45,506 bases of DNA from a virus (taxonomy: Duplodnaviria > Heunggongvirae > Uroviricota > Caudoviricetes): the IMG/VR virus record IMGVR_UViG_3300035034_002381, positions 128,001 through 173,506 of that record. The stretch is one strand, 5' to 3'. Shown here one piece after another: positions 1 through 8,771 of the stretch. The position numbers were made by a program, and so were the translations under genes. Every line of letters starts with the position of its first letter. Within the stretch, counting starts at the first letter, position 1. The notes beneath the pieces were generated by a model, which worked only from the letters and a program-made list of their open reading frames with translations, searched no databases and had not been told where the DNA came from.

Positions 1-681
1 GGAGTTCTTGGATGGCATTCGTATTTACAAAGAAATATGATAGAATTTGAGGGTATGAATGCGAAATTTAAAAATAATGAAATATTCAAAACTTTAAACG
101 AAAGAACATTAAAGGCCAGTAAAGAATTAGCAAACAAATTTGGTGAACCAAAAATGTTGGAAGGATATGGCGAAAGATTTACCACAAGAATGGCACCTGC
201 ACCTACTACATCAAGTTCATTTATACTTGGTCAAGTTTCACCAACATTTGAACCTTTACATTCCAATTATTTTGTAAAGGATCTTTCTAAAATTAAAGTC
301 ACATATAAAAATCCATTTTTAGGAGAATTATTAACCACCAAGGGTAAAAATACGAATGATACATGGGATTCCATTATGAAGCGAGGTGGATCTGTACAAC
401 ATTTAGATTTTTTGAATCAACTTGAAAAAAATGTATTTAAAACATTTGGTGAACTAAGTCAATTAGAAATTATACAACAAGCGGCACAAAGGCAAACATA
501 TATTGATCAAGCCCAGTCACTTAATTTAATGATTTCTCCTGACGCACCACTCAAGGATAAAAACAAGTTGTTATATGAAGCTTGGGAAATGGGTATTAAA
601 ACTTTATACTATCAAAGAAGTGTAAATGCAGCGCAACAGGTTTCGAGAAATTTATTAGAATGTGTATCTTGTGAAGCTTAG
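1..681 (+). CDS. nrdA: Ribonucleotide reductase class I alpha subunit, 3' part (truncated by window start)
   Basis: Frame open from base 1 (GVLGWHSYLQ...). APAPTTSSS, IDQAQSLN and GIKTLYYQRS motifs, C-terminal CxxC (ECVSCEA). Confidence 0.95.
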   Translation, partial: GVLGWHSYLQRNMIEFEGMNAKFKNNEIFKTLNERTLKASKELANKFGEPKMLEGYGERFTTRMAPAPTTSSSFILGQVSPTFEPLHSNYFVKDLSKIKVTYKNPFLGELLTTKGKNTNDTWDSIMKRGGSVQHLDFLNQLEKNVFKTFGELSQLEIIQQAAQRQTYIDQAQSLNLMISPDAPLKDKNKLLYEAWEMGIKTLYYQRSVNAAQQVSRNLLECVSCEA

Positions 682-690
682 AATTTTATA

Positions 691-717
691 AAACAATTAG
701 TATTTTAGGTAATATAA
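691..717 (+). promoter_or_regulatory. Putative phage middle-class promoter AAAC-N17-ATATAA (copy 1)
   Basis: AAAC 691-694, ATATAA 712-717. Identical spacing in 5 other intergenic copies. Confidence 0.7.
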
Positions 718-734
718 AATAAAAAGAAATAATA

Positions 735-1439
735 ATGGCATACATAATAGGAATCGACGGAAACTTAAATAAACTTGAACCGAAAGGAGATAAGTTTAAC
801 GTTGAGGAAATTAAAGAAATCACAAATGGGTGGTTTCTTCCTGATAAAGTAGGACCTATTTGGGTAATAGTTAATGAAAATTTAAATCTTAAAAAAGATA
901 AAGATTTCCAAATTTATAATGAAAGAGCATCCTCATTTTTTCTTAGGGACATTTTTGGTCAAGTTTTAATAATGTCTTCACATGAATTACCTGCTGAATG
1001 GGATATTACTGATGAACTCGATGAAAATCATACTCAAAAAGAAATAGAAGAAGGTTTTTTAAATTTGTATAAACATTTTATGTTAAGTGTTTATCCACAA
1101 GATTCACCATTTATTAGTGGTGCAGAGAATCTTAATTTTAGTAACGAGAAAAAACAGTTTTACTTTAGACCTGACCAAGTAGATATAACCAATGCTAAAA
1201 AACCCGACGATTTCAGAAAGTTTTTAATGTCGTCATATGATTTTATTGTCAATTCCTCAGAAAAGGATGAATCTATAGTAATGCTAGAAGATGAGTTTAA
1301 TGTTATCAAAATTGAAACTAAACCTGAACAAATCAAGGCTATTGATCAAGTGATACAGGTTTTTGAAGAAAAAGAGGAATATGAAAAATGTAGTAAACTT
1401 TCAAATGTTAGAGGAAAAATCCAAGAATCTATAAAATGA
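735..1439 (+). CDS. Hypothetical protein, DUF3846-like N-terminus and UVR-like C-terminal helix
   Basis: 234-aa ORF. FNVEEIKEITNGW...IVNEN...NERAS...IFGQVLI resembles DUF3846; EEKEEYEKCSKL resembles a UvrB/C motif. Confidence 0.55.
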   Translation: MAYIIGIDGNLNKLEPKGDKFNVEEIKEITNGWFLPDKVGPIWVIVNENLNLKKDKDFQIYNERASSFFLRDIFGQVLIMSSHELPAEWDITDELDENHTQKEIEEGFLNLYKHFMLSVYPQDSPFISGAENLNFSNEKKQFYFRPDQVDITNAKKPDDFRKFLMSSYDFIVNSSEKDESIVMLEDEFNVIKIETKPEQIKAIDQVIQVFEEKEEYEKCSKLSNVRGKIQESIK

Positions 1440-1609
1440 AAAATGAATTTTTAATAGAAGCTGAAAAGTTACTAGCAACAGAAGAAAGAAATTATGAAAT
1501 TGAGAAAGGTTGGAGAGGTATGGATGAGCATTACACAATACATGGCAAGATAAACGGCATGAAAAAAATTATTGACTTATACAAAAAGGTTAACATTGAG
1601 ATAACATGA
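1436..1609 (+). CDS. Small hypothetical protein (57 aa, not in ORF track)
   Basis: ATGA overlap with upstream stop. MKNEFLIEAEKLLATEERNYEIEKGW...KKVNIEIT. Confidence 0.6.
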   Translation: MKNEFLIEAEKLLATEERNYEIEKGWRGMDEHYTIHGKINGMKKIIDLYKKVNIEIT

Positions 1610-1614
1610 TATAC

Positions 1615-1649
1615 TTGCAGTTGTCAATTAAATTGATTATATTTATATT
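1615..1649 (+). promoter_or_regulatory. Putative host-RNAP (early) promoter upstream of ligase
   Basis: TTGTCA(1621-1626)-N17-TATATT(1644-1649) fits sigma70. TTG(1615-1617)-N20-TATATTTA(1638-1645) approximates the Bacteroidota -33/-7 consensus. Confidence 0.5.
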
Positions 1650-1667
1650 GTAATCAATAATTAACAA

Positions 1668-3542
1668 ATGAATAAATACGAAAAATTTAAAGAGACCTAT
1701 ATAAAAGCCAAAGAGGCTTATTATAATGGGCAACCTATCATGTCGGATTTTGAATTCGATACCCTTGAATCTCAATTAAAAATTGAGGCTGATGTTTTAG
1801 GAATAAATTTTAAAAGTATTGTTGGATTCAGTGATGATAATCGCAACAAGAAATTTACCCATCCTTCAAGAATGGGTAGCTTGGATAAAATCCAATCAAA
1901 TGCTGACAGGACTGCTCCTCTTTCATCCTTTATTGATTGGTCATTTAAATACCCCTCACTAATTTATTACGCCACTCCAAAATTTGATGGTAACGCAGTC
2001 AATATAATTTATCGAAACGGTAAGCTTGATTCTATACTTTCAAGAGGTAATGGAGACGCAGGAAGAGATTACTCTGATAAACTAGATCTGATAATTCCGG
2101 ATAATATTAATGCCACCGCCAAAATTACAGAAATTCGCGGTGAGGTTGTAATTTCTACTGAAGTTTTTAACAGAAAATATTCTGAATATAAAAACGAAAG
2201 AAACTTTGTTGCAGGGATTCTTAATCGAGATGAAGATGTTTCAGAAATTATCAAGGATTTTTCTTTTTTGCCTATTGAAGTAAGGGTTCACCGAGACGAT
2301 GAATATGGATCATATGAATTTCATGAAGTAAAAGAATTTTTAGGAACTCATGGAGGTTTCGAAATACCGCATGAATTGGAATTTAATACACCAGAATTCG
2401 AGTTCATATTTGAATCCATGTTATCATATCGAAAGTCTTGTTATTACCGACTAGACGGATTTGTAATAAAAACAAATATTGATAAGAGAAATGAATATGG
2501 AGAAACTTCACATCATCCCAATTGGGCAATAGCAATTAAATTTCCACCTGAAGAAGCTTTTACTGAAATTGTAGAAATACGATGGAATTTCGGTAAAACT
2601 GGGGAATTAACTCCAATCGCAATTATGAATCCTACTCCGCTTGACGGAACTACAGTTCGAAGAGCAACCATTCATAATATTGGATGGCTAAAAAGTAAAG
2701 GATGTGCTCCAGGCGCAAAAGTCATCATTGCGAAAAAGGGAGATATTATTCCGCAAATAATCAAAGTGGTTGAACCATCAACACAAGATTACCAACATCC
2801 AGAACATTGTCCAAAATGTGATACAAAATTAGAAATCGAAAATAAAATTCGCTTACAATGCCCCAATATTAATTGTGAAGGAAAGGCTTATAAACATTTT
2901 CAAGATGGCTTTAATAAATTAGGGCTGTATGGAATTGGGCCAGCAATTGCAGAAAAATTATGGGATATAGGATTTACATCTCCTATTGATATTTTGGATA
3001 AAGAACAATTTAATAAAGCCAATCTTATCGAATCAGGCGAATTTAAATCCGGAAGATCTTTGGAGATACTTTTAAACGCTGTATCTGATATAAAATCTTT
3101 ACCCCTAAGAAATATTATTGCTATGATGGGAGTCGAAAATCTAGGGAAATCAATGTCCAAACAAATCGCCAACGAAATCGCTGGAATAGAATATTCTTAT
3201 CATGGCTTACAAAAAAATATCGTTGATCTTTTCAGACCTGGTTCAGAAAAACGTCAATTATTGGCTACCAATATCGAAATGTTGAAAGAGAATAATATCA
3301 AAATTGATTATCCTGTGGCTGAAAGTACTGATATTACTCGATACGAAATGACTGGATCTCCATCAAACTTTGGATATAAAACTAAAAAGGATTTTATAGC
3401 GTATGCAAAGGAAAACGGATATTCTCATTCTAAATTATCTGAAGCCAGTATTTTATTCACGGATAATTTAAATTCTTCTTCAAGTAAAATGAAAACAGCA
3501 GCTAAAAAGGGTGTTAAAATTATGTTATACTCACAAATTTAA
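1668..3542 (+). CDS. ligA: NAD-dependent DNA ligase
   Basis: YYNGQPIMSDFEFD (domain Ia), KFDG adenylation motif, SRGNG, EIRGEV, LDGFVIK, WAIAIKFP, GDIIPQI, C4 zinc finger, BRCT-like C-terminus. Confidence 0.96.
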   Translation: MNKYEKFKETYIKAKEAYYNGQPIMSDFEFDTLESQLKIEADVLGINFKSIVGFSDDNRNKKFTHPSRMGSLDKIQSNADRTAPLSSFIDWSFKYPSLIYYATPKFDGNAVNIIYRNGKLDSILSRGNGDAGRDYSDKLDLIIPDNINATAKITEIRGEVVISTEVFNRKYSEYKNERNFVAGILNRDEDVSEIIKDFSFLPIEVRVHRDDEYGSYEFHEVKEFLGTHGGFEIPHELEFNTPEFEFIFESMLSYRKSCYYRLDGFVIKTNIDKRNEYGETSHHPNWAIAIKFPPEEAFTEIVEIRWNFGKTGELTPIAIMNPTPLDGTTVRRATIHNIGWLKSKGCAPGAKVIIAKKGDIIPQIIKVVEPSTQDYQHPEHCPKCDTKLEIENKIRLQCPNINCEGKAYKHFQDGFNKLGLYGIGPAIAEKLWDIGFTSPIDILDKEQFNKANLIESGEFKSGRSLEILLNAVSDIKSLPLRNIIAMMGVENLGKSMSKQIANEIAGIEYSYHGLQKNIVDLFRPGSEKRQLLATNIEMLKENNIKIDYPVAESTDITRYEMTGSPSNFGYKTKKDFIAYAKENGYSHSKLSEASILFTDNLNSSSSKMKTAAKKGVKIMLYSQI

Positions 3543-3552
3543 TCAAAACTAA

Positions 3553-3975
3553 ATGAACAAATCAATGAAAACACAAGACCGAATCAATAAAGATTTTATG
3601 ATAGCCCTTAAAGGTGGTGAAAGAGACAAAAAGACATTTTTAGGTCTTGTTAGAACAGAAATCATATTAAACGAGGGTCGTGGTATAGAAGCCACTGACG
3701 AAAATGTGATAAAGGTTCTCAAAAAATTAGCAAAAAGCATCAAAGAAAACATTGATAATGGTGATCAAGATGCAGAACAAGAACTTAAATGGCTTTCTCC
3801 ATATTTACCAAAATTAATGTCTGAGTCTGAAATCCAGAAAGAACTACATTTATTTCTAAGTACATGTCCAGCAGACAAAATGAATATTGGATATATCATG
3901 GGACATTTCAATAAGAATTTTAGTGGTAAAATTGATAATAAGATTCTATCTGGACTTATTCGAGAAATGATATGA
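3553..3975 (+). CDS. GatB/YqeY domain protein
   Basis: DFMIALKGGE...LGLVRTEI...ELKWLSPYLPKLMSESEI...NIGYIMG...GKIDNK pattern of YqeY. Confidence 0.85.
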   Translation: MNKSMKTQDRINKDFMIALKGGERDKKTFLGLVRTEIILNEGRGIEATDENVIKVLKKLAKSIKENIDNGDQDAEQELKWLSPYLPKLMSESEIQKELHLFLSTCPADKMNIGYIMGHFNKNFSGKIDNKILSGLIREMI

Positions 3976-4049
3976 TTGTATACGAATTAGAATTTTGGGA
4001 CAAAGTAAATCTTTTCTTTGGGAGACACAGGTTTTGTGAAGATTTATTA

Positions 4050-4076
4050 AAACTTAATTCAACTTTCATTATATAA
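4050..4076 (+). promoter_or_regulatory. Putative middle promoter AAAC-N17-ATATAA (copy 2)
   Basis: AAAC 4050-4053, ATATAA 4071-4076, 6 nt before the topoisomerase ATG. Confidence 0.7.
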
Positions 4077-4082
4077 ACAATA

Positions 4083-5897
4083 ATGGCAAATAAAAAAGAA
4101 ATTGTAAGTCTCGATGATATCGAGCATGTATTACTTAGACCCACAATGTATATTGGGTCTATTGAAAATTCTGAAGAAAAGGTTCCTATAGTTAAGGATG
4201 GAAAACTAGTAGCAGAAAGTAAAAATATATCAGTAGGATTTTATAAGTTAATGAATGAAATTCTCGATAATTCTTTTGATGAAGCTAAAAGATTAAATGG
4301 AAAAATGCCTAAAATTGAGGCACATTTTGATTCAAAAACAAAAAAAGTTTCGATTAGAGATTATGGTGAGGGATTCTATAAAGGTACTGACTTAAATTCT
4401 AAAACAGGTCTTAATAATATTGAGACTGCAATGTCAGAATTAAAGGCAGGATCCAATTTTTTCGATGTTAATGAAGAGGATGCGTTAATAGGAACTAATG
4501 GAGTTGGAGCTTCATTGGTAAACATGCTATCATCAGAATTTACTATTGAAACAATTAACAGTTCTACTTATTATAAAAGAACATGGCTCAATTTTGAACC
4601 ACAAGAAAAAATAGAACGCAAAAGAAAACGAGGCGAGAAATTGGGTACCATGATTTCATTCATTCCTCGAGATCGCGCACAAGTACATAATGAAAAAATT
4701 TCATTATTTGAAAAATGTACTTGGGATAAAGAATATATCGCATCATTAATGATTTTTAAGAATTATCTTAAGAATAATGATGAACAAATCAAAAATTTAG
4801 AATTTTCTGTAACATTTGATGGAAAAGAATTAGATCTTGATCAATCCTTTTTACCAGAAAATCATATTTTAATCCAAACAAAATTAGGTATTTTTGCGTT
4901 CTGGGAAAGATATGAAAATGCTGCTTCATTATCATTTATAAATGGCGCGCAATGTAGTGGTATTCAACAAAAGATTTTTAACGATTGGATCAATGATATG
5001 TTTGATTACAATCTAGCGCATCATTTTTATGAAACCCTGGTCATCTTAAATTTACCTCCTAAATTAGTCAGGTTTGCCGATCAGAATAAAACTCGTTATG
5101 CTGTAGGTAGATGGGAAATTGAAGATCTTTTTAAGCGATCGTTTTATAAAAAAATCAATCGCCATGTAAAAAACTCCAACATTTTTCAATCAATACAAGA
5201 AAGAATTGATGAAAGATTATTTAAGGAAAACATCAATACAATCAAAAAGAAAACTAAAGCTGCAAAGAAAAAAATATCTGATAAATACTTTGCACCTTCA
5301 AAAGTTAAAGATACTCTTTTTATTGTTGAGGGAAACTCAGCTCGGGGTAGTATTTTACAAAAAAGAAATCCAGAACAGGATGGCGTGTATACATTAAAGG
5401 GCAAAATTAAAAATGCTAAGAAGATCAGCGATTTATCATCAAACAATGAAATAATTGATCTAATGTCGATATTAGGTATCGAGCCCAAAACAGTAACAAA
5501 GTGTCAATACGATAAAGTCGTAATTGCTACTGACTGGGATCCTGATGGTATTGGTCATATTGCATCATTGTTGATTAATTTATTTTACAAATGGTTTCCA
5601 CATATCATTGAAAATCACAAACTTAAGATTCTCATCACACCATTAGTATCTGCAGACAAAGTTGGTAAACGAGATTACTTTTATTCAATTGAAGAATTTA
5701 GGAAACAATCGGAAAAAGAATCTTATAAAAATATTAGATATCTTAAAGGATTAGGATCACTTTCAAAAGAAGATTGGGAATGGGTAATGAAACAGCGGAG
5801 AATGTTTGCAATTTATAAAGATAGATCTTCCAAAAAATATATCAACATTGCTTTTGGAAATTCTTCAGAATCTAGAAAAAAATGGTTACAAAACTAA
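4083..5897 (+). CDS. gp39: DNA topoisomerase II large subunit (GHKL ATPase + TOPRIM; T4 gp39+60-like)
   Basis: EHVLLRPTMYIGS, EILDNSFDE, GTNGVGAS, LFIVEGNSA, LKGKIKN, ATDWDPDG, YLKGLGS. Confidence 0.95.
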   Translation: MANKKEIVSLDDIEHVLLRPTMYIGSIENSEEKVPIVKDGKLVAESKNISVGFYKLMNEILDNSFDEAKRLNGKMPKIEAHFDSKTKKVSIRDYGEGFYKGTDLNSKTGLNNIETAMSELKAGSNFFDVNEEDALIGTNGVGASLVNMLSSEFTIETINSSTYYKRTWLNFEPQEKIERKRKRGEKLGTMISFIPRDRAQVHNEKISLFEKCTWDKEYIASLMIFKNYLKNNDEQIKNLEFSVTFDGKELDLDQSFLPENHILIQTKLGIFAFWERYENAASLSFINGAQCSGIQQKIFNDWINDMFDYNLAHHFYETLVILNLPPKLVRFADQNKTRYAVGRWEIEDLFKRSFYKKINRHVKNSNIFQSIQERIDERLFKENINTIKKKTKAAKKKISDKYFAPSKVKDTLFIVEGNSARGSILQKRNPEQDGVYTLKGKIKNAKKISDLSSNNEIIDLMSILGIEPKTVTKCQYDKVVIATDWDPDGIGHIASLLINLFYKWFPHIIENHKLKILITPLVSADKVGKRDYFYSIEEFRKQSEKESYKNIRYLKGLGSLSKEDWEWVMKQRRMFAIYKDRSSKKYINIAFGNSSESRKKWLQN

Positions 5898-5907
5898 AAA
5901 CTAAAAC

Positions 5908-6076
5908 ATGTCATTATTAGAAACAGAAACTGGTGAAATGATATATGTTATTGATTATTCTGATCAATTTACAAAGTCTATAAAATCTCACAAAAGAAAT
6001 TGAACTTATATTAACAAAACTTAAGAAAATAGCAATAAAACATAATGTTGCTATTATATTAGGAAAACAAAAATAA
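5908..6076 (+). pseudogene. Frameshifted mini-ORF resembling a DnaB/RecA-fold Walker-B segment
   Basis: Frame 1 MSLLETETGEMIYVIDYSDQFTKSIKSHK continues in +1 frame as EIELILTKLKKIAIKHNVAIILGKQK. Join lies between 5984 and 6000. Confidence 0.4.
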
Positions 6077-6079
6077 TAT

Positions 6080-7492
6080 ATGGCGAAGAAATATAAGAAA
6101 GGTGTTGAAATAAGATTACCAATTTCAAAACATATTGATATAAATTTTAGAGATTATGCTCTTTATGTTTTAGAAAACCGTGGAATACCTTCATTTTATG
6201 ACGGTCTTACAAATGTTCAAAAATTCATATTGCAAAATGCACCATCTAATTTTAACAAAACAATATCATTAGTTGGGGACTGTATTTCAGCAGGATACCA
6301 TCATGGGGATTCTTCTGTGAAAGGTGCCATTAATAAATTGGCAAGACCCTTTGGATGCGCGCAACAAATGCTTGAAGGTGATGGATTTTTCGGGACACCG
6401 GTAAATCACGAAGCTGCGGCCCCTAGGTATACATCTGTGAAAATCAATAAAGATGTCCAAGGTATTATAAAGGAGAATAGTTTCCTTAATTCTAAGGATG
6501 AAGAGGGACTTTGGAATCCTCTTTGGACTCGATTGCCCTTGGGTTTAACAACTACAATTATAGGAATAGCTGTAGGATACAAAACTACTATACTTCCTAG
6601 ATCAATCGAAGATATCGAAAATTATTTACAAGGTAAATCCAAAGAAGTTATTCCAAGTTTTATTGGTTTTAGTGGAAAGGTTACAAGATTTCAAAATTTA
6701 GATCGTTCATGGTTGATTCAGGGCAATTATAAAATTGATCAAAAACATAAATCAATTCATATTACTTCTTTGCCACCTATGATGAAATATAAAAAGTTTC
6801 TAAGTAAAGTGGATGGATTACTCACAAAATATGAAGACAAGTTTACAATCAAGAATAATTCCTCAGATGACATAGATATGCTTATCACATTTAGAGGTCG
6901 TTCCCAAGATCAATTCGTAGAATTTACTAAAGACATCGAAAAAAATGTCAAAATGTTAGTAACAGAGACTCCAGTATTTGTGAAAGATGGGAGTGTTTTG
7001 GTATATGAAAAAATCGAAGATTATCTTGATGATTTTAAATATAGACTTCAAGAACTTGAGTTAAGAAAACAAGAATATTATTTGAATAAGACAAGTTTTG
7101 AACTTGAATTTCAGCGAGCTAAACTTGATTATCTCAAATTCATGTTGGTTAAGAAAAGGTCAGAAGATGAAATTTTTGAATTCTTTGAATCTTACGATAA
7201 AAAAATTGCTACAAGATTAGATACTATAAAGCTTAGAAATTTAACTGATGAGGAAATTATCAGGGTCAAAGATAAAATTAAAGAACTTGAAAAAGAAGAA
7301 AAATCTTTGATCAGACTGGTTGATAAATTAAATAAGGCTTTCGATAAATTAATTGATCCTACGATCAAGAGAAAAACAGATAACCGCGTTAACCAAACTG
7401 ATTTGTTTGATGATAGTGATTTTGAGGATTATGATGGTATAGAAATTTTCGGTAATGAAAAACGAGAAATGGCCGAAGACTTAAACGAATAA
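6080..7492 (+). CDS. gp52: DNA topoisomerase II medium subunit (GyrA/ParC-like; T4 gp52)
   Basis: RGIPSFYDGL, YHHGDSS, catalytic AAAPRYT, GIAVGY, ITSLPP. Confidence 0.95.
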   Translation: MAKKYKKGVEIRLPISKHIDINFRDYALYVLENRGIPSFYDGLTNVQKFILQNAPSNFNKTISLVGDCISAGYHHGDSSVKGAINKLARPFGCAQQMLEGDGFFGTPVNHEAAAPRYTSVKINKDVQGIIKENSFLNSKDEEGLWNPLWTRLPLGLTTTIIGIAVGYKTTILPRSIEDIENYLQGKSKEVIPSFIGFSGKVTRFQNLDRSWLIQGNYKIDQKHKSIHITSLPPMMKYKKFLSKVDGLLTKYEDKFTIKNNSSDDIDMLITFRGRSQDQFVEFTKDIEKNVKMLVTETPVFVKDGSVLVYEKIEDYLDDFKYRLQELELRKQEYYLNKTSFELEFQRAKLDYLKFMLVKKRSEDEIFEFFESYDKKIATRLDTIKLRNLTDEEIIRVKDKIKELEKEEKSLIRLVDKLNKAFDKLIDPTIKRKTDNRVNQTDLFDDSDFEDYDGIEIFGNEKREMAEDLNE

Positions 7493-7587
7493 AAAATATG
7501 AATTTTAAAGATTACCTAGAATTAAAACCAGTACCCGGCGAAAGATTTTGCATGAATATAAACAAACAATAAACTATAAAACAGAAA

Positions 7588-7977
7588 ATGGAAAAAATCA
7601 GAAAGGTAACAGATATTAGTAACAATAGACTAACTAGTCAAATGCAAGAATATATGTTCATGGAAAATCTAAAACCAAGCGTAGATTTAAGCAGCAAGTC
7701 TTGGACATTAATCAGAGTGTTAAAAACAGAAACAGCTAATGTTCCATGGTTAATAATGTATGATGACATGTTTTATGTTGCAATACAGTCAGACAATAGA
7801 AGATTTGGAAGTAATGGAGTTTCATTTTATCCTTCTAATGAAAAGGGTCGCTATACAATATCACTCAAAACACAAATAACTAGGCTTTATAATTATGTAG
7901 ATTTGGAAGCTGCGTGTGACCAATTTACAGATAATTTATATGCTCAAAAAATGAAAGAAAGCTTAGAAATTAACTAA
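7588..7977 (+). CDS. Hypothetical protein
   Basis: 129-aa ORF in line with neighbours; no motif recognised. Confidence 0.7.
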   Translation: MEKIRKVTDISNNRLTSQMQEYMFMENLKPSVDLSSKSWTLIRVLKTETANVPWLIMYDDMFYVAIQSDNRRFGSNGVSFYPSNEKGRYTISLKTQITRLYNYVDLEAACDQFTDNLYAQKMKESLEIN

Positions 7978-8003
7978 AACTTATTAACATATTTTTAATA
8001 TAA
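7977..8003 (+). promoter_or_regulatory. Putative middle promoter AAAC-N17-ATATAA (copy 3)
   Basis: AAAC 7977-7980, ATATAA 7998-8003, upstream of clamp-pol-uvsX. Confidence 0.72.
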
Positions 8004-8021
8004 ACTATAAACACACTAAAC

Positions 8022-8771
8022 ATGGCAAAAACAGTATTTAAGGTGGTATCACCCAGTAATTTTAGCGCTTTTTTAAAGCGATTTTCATCAATCGAAGAAA
8101 GTCTACTTGTTGAAATTGAGGAAGGCGAAATGAAAGCAAAATCATTTACGCCTGAACGAGCAGTAGTCAAATTTTCTAGAATAGGTTTAAACGAAATTTT
8201 TGATCATATTGAAGGTCCCGAAGAATTACTTTTCGGCATTTATAAAATGCCTCAACTTATGGGAGCATTCAAACATTTTTTTGGTGAATTTGAAATTATA
8301 ATTAACCACGAAAAACTTGACGGTAAAAATATCGCGACCGATATTATTCTTAAATCACCTGATAATAAACTTAAGGTCACTTTAGAATGTGCTTCGTACC
8401 GTTTATTTAAACACTTATCTGATGAATTGTTTTTAGATAATATTGCAAATATCAAGGATGATGTTCAGGCAAAATTTTCTTTTAGCAAAGAAACTTATTC
8501 TCAAATTAATTCATTAACAGGTATTGATACTGATGATAAAATAATTGGGTTCGAAAATACAGATACTGGAGTCTCGGTTAAAGGATCAGCATTTGAAATG
8601 GAAGTAGTCGAAGGAAAATTTGATGTATTTTCTATTAATGTATACAAACAACATTTTAATTTAATTGATAGTGAAGATGTTGAATTATACATTTTATCTG
8701 ATAAAATTGTTTGTCATAGTAATGACGAGAATACAATAACAGTAATCGGCGAAACACAAGGAGATGATTAA
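8022..8771 (+). CDS. gp45: Sliding clamp (gp45/PCNA-like)
   Basis: 249 aa, acidic. FLKRFSSIEESLLV and FGIYKMPQLMGAF resemble gp45 motifs. TAATG overlap with the polymerase gene. Confidence 0.7.
   Translation: MAKTVFKVVSPSNFSAFLKRFSSIEESLLVEIEEGEMKAKSFTPERAVVKFSRIGLNEIFDHIEGPEELLFGIYKMPQLMGAFKHFFGEFEIIINHEKLDGKNIATDIILKSPDNKLKVTLECASYRLFKHLSDELFLDNIANIKDDVQAKFSFSKETYSQINSLTGIDTDDKIIGFENTDTGVSVKGSAFEMEVVEGKFDVFSINVYKQHFNLIDSEDVELYILSDKIVCHSNDENTITVIGETQGDD

Noticed and set aside
1668-7492. Bacterial chromosome origin (ligA, gyrB/gyrA-like, recA)
   Set aside because: The genes are T4-type and interspersed with portal, terminase, sheath and gp55.
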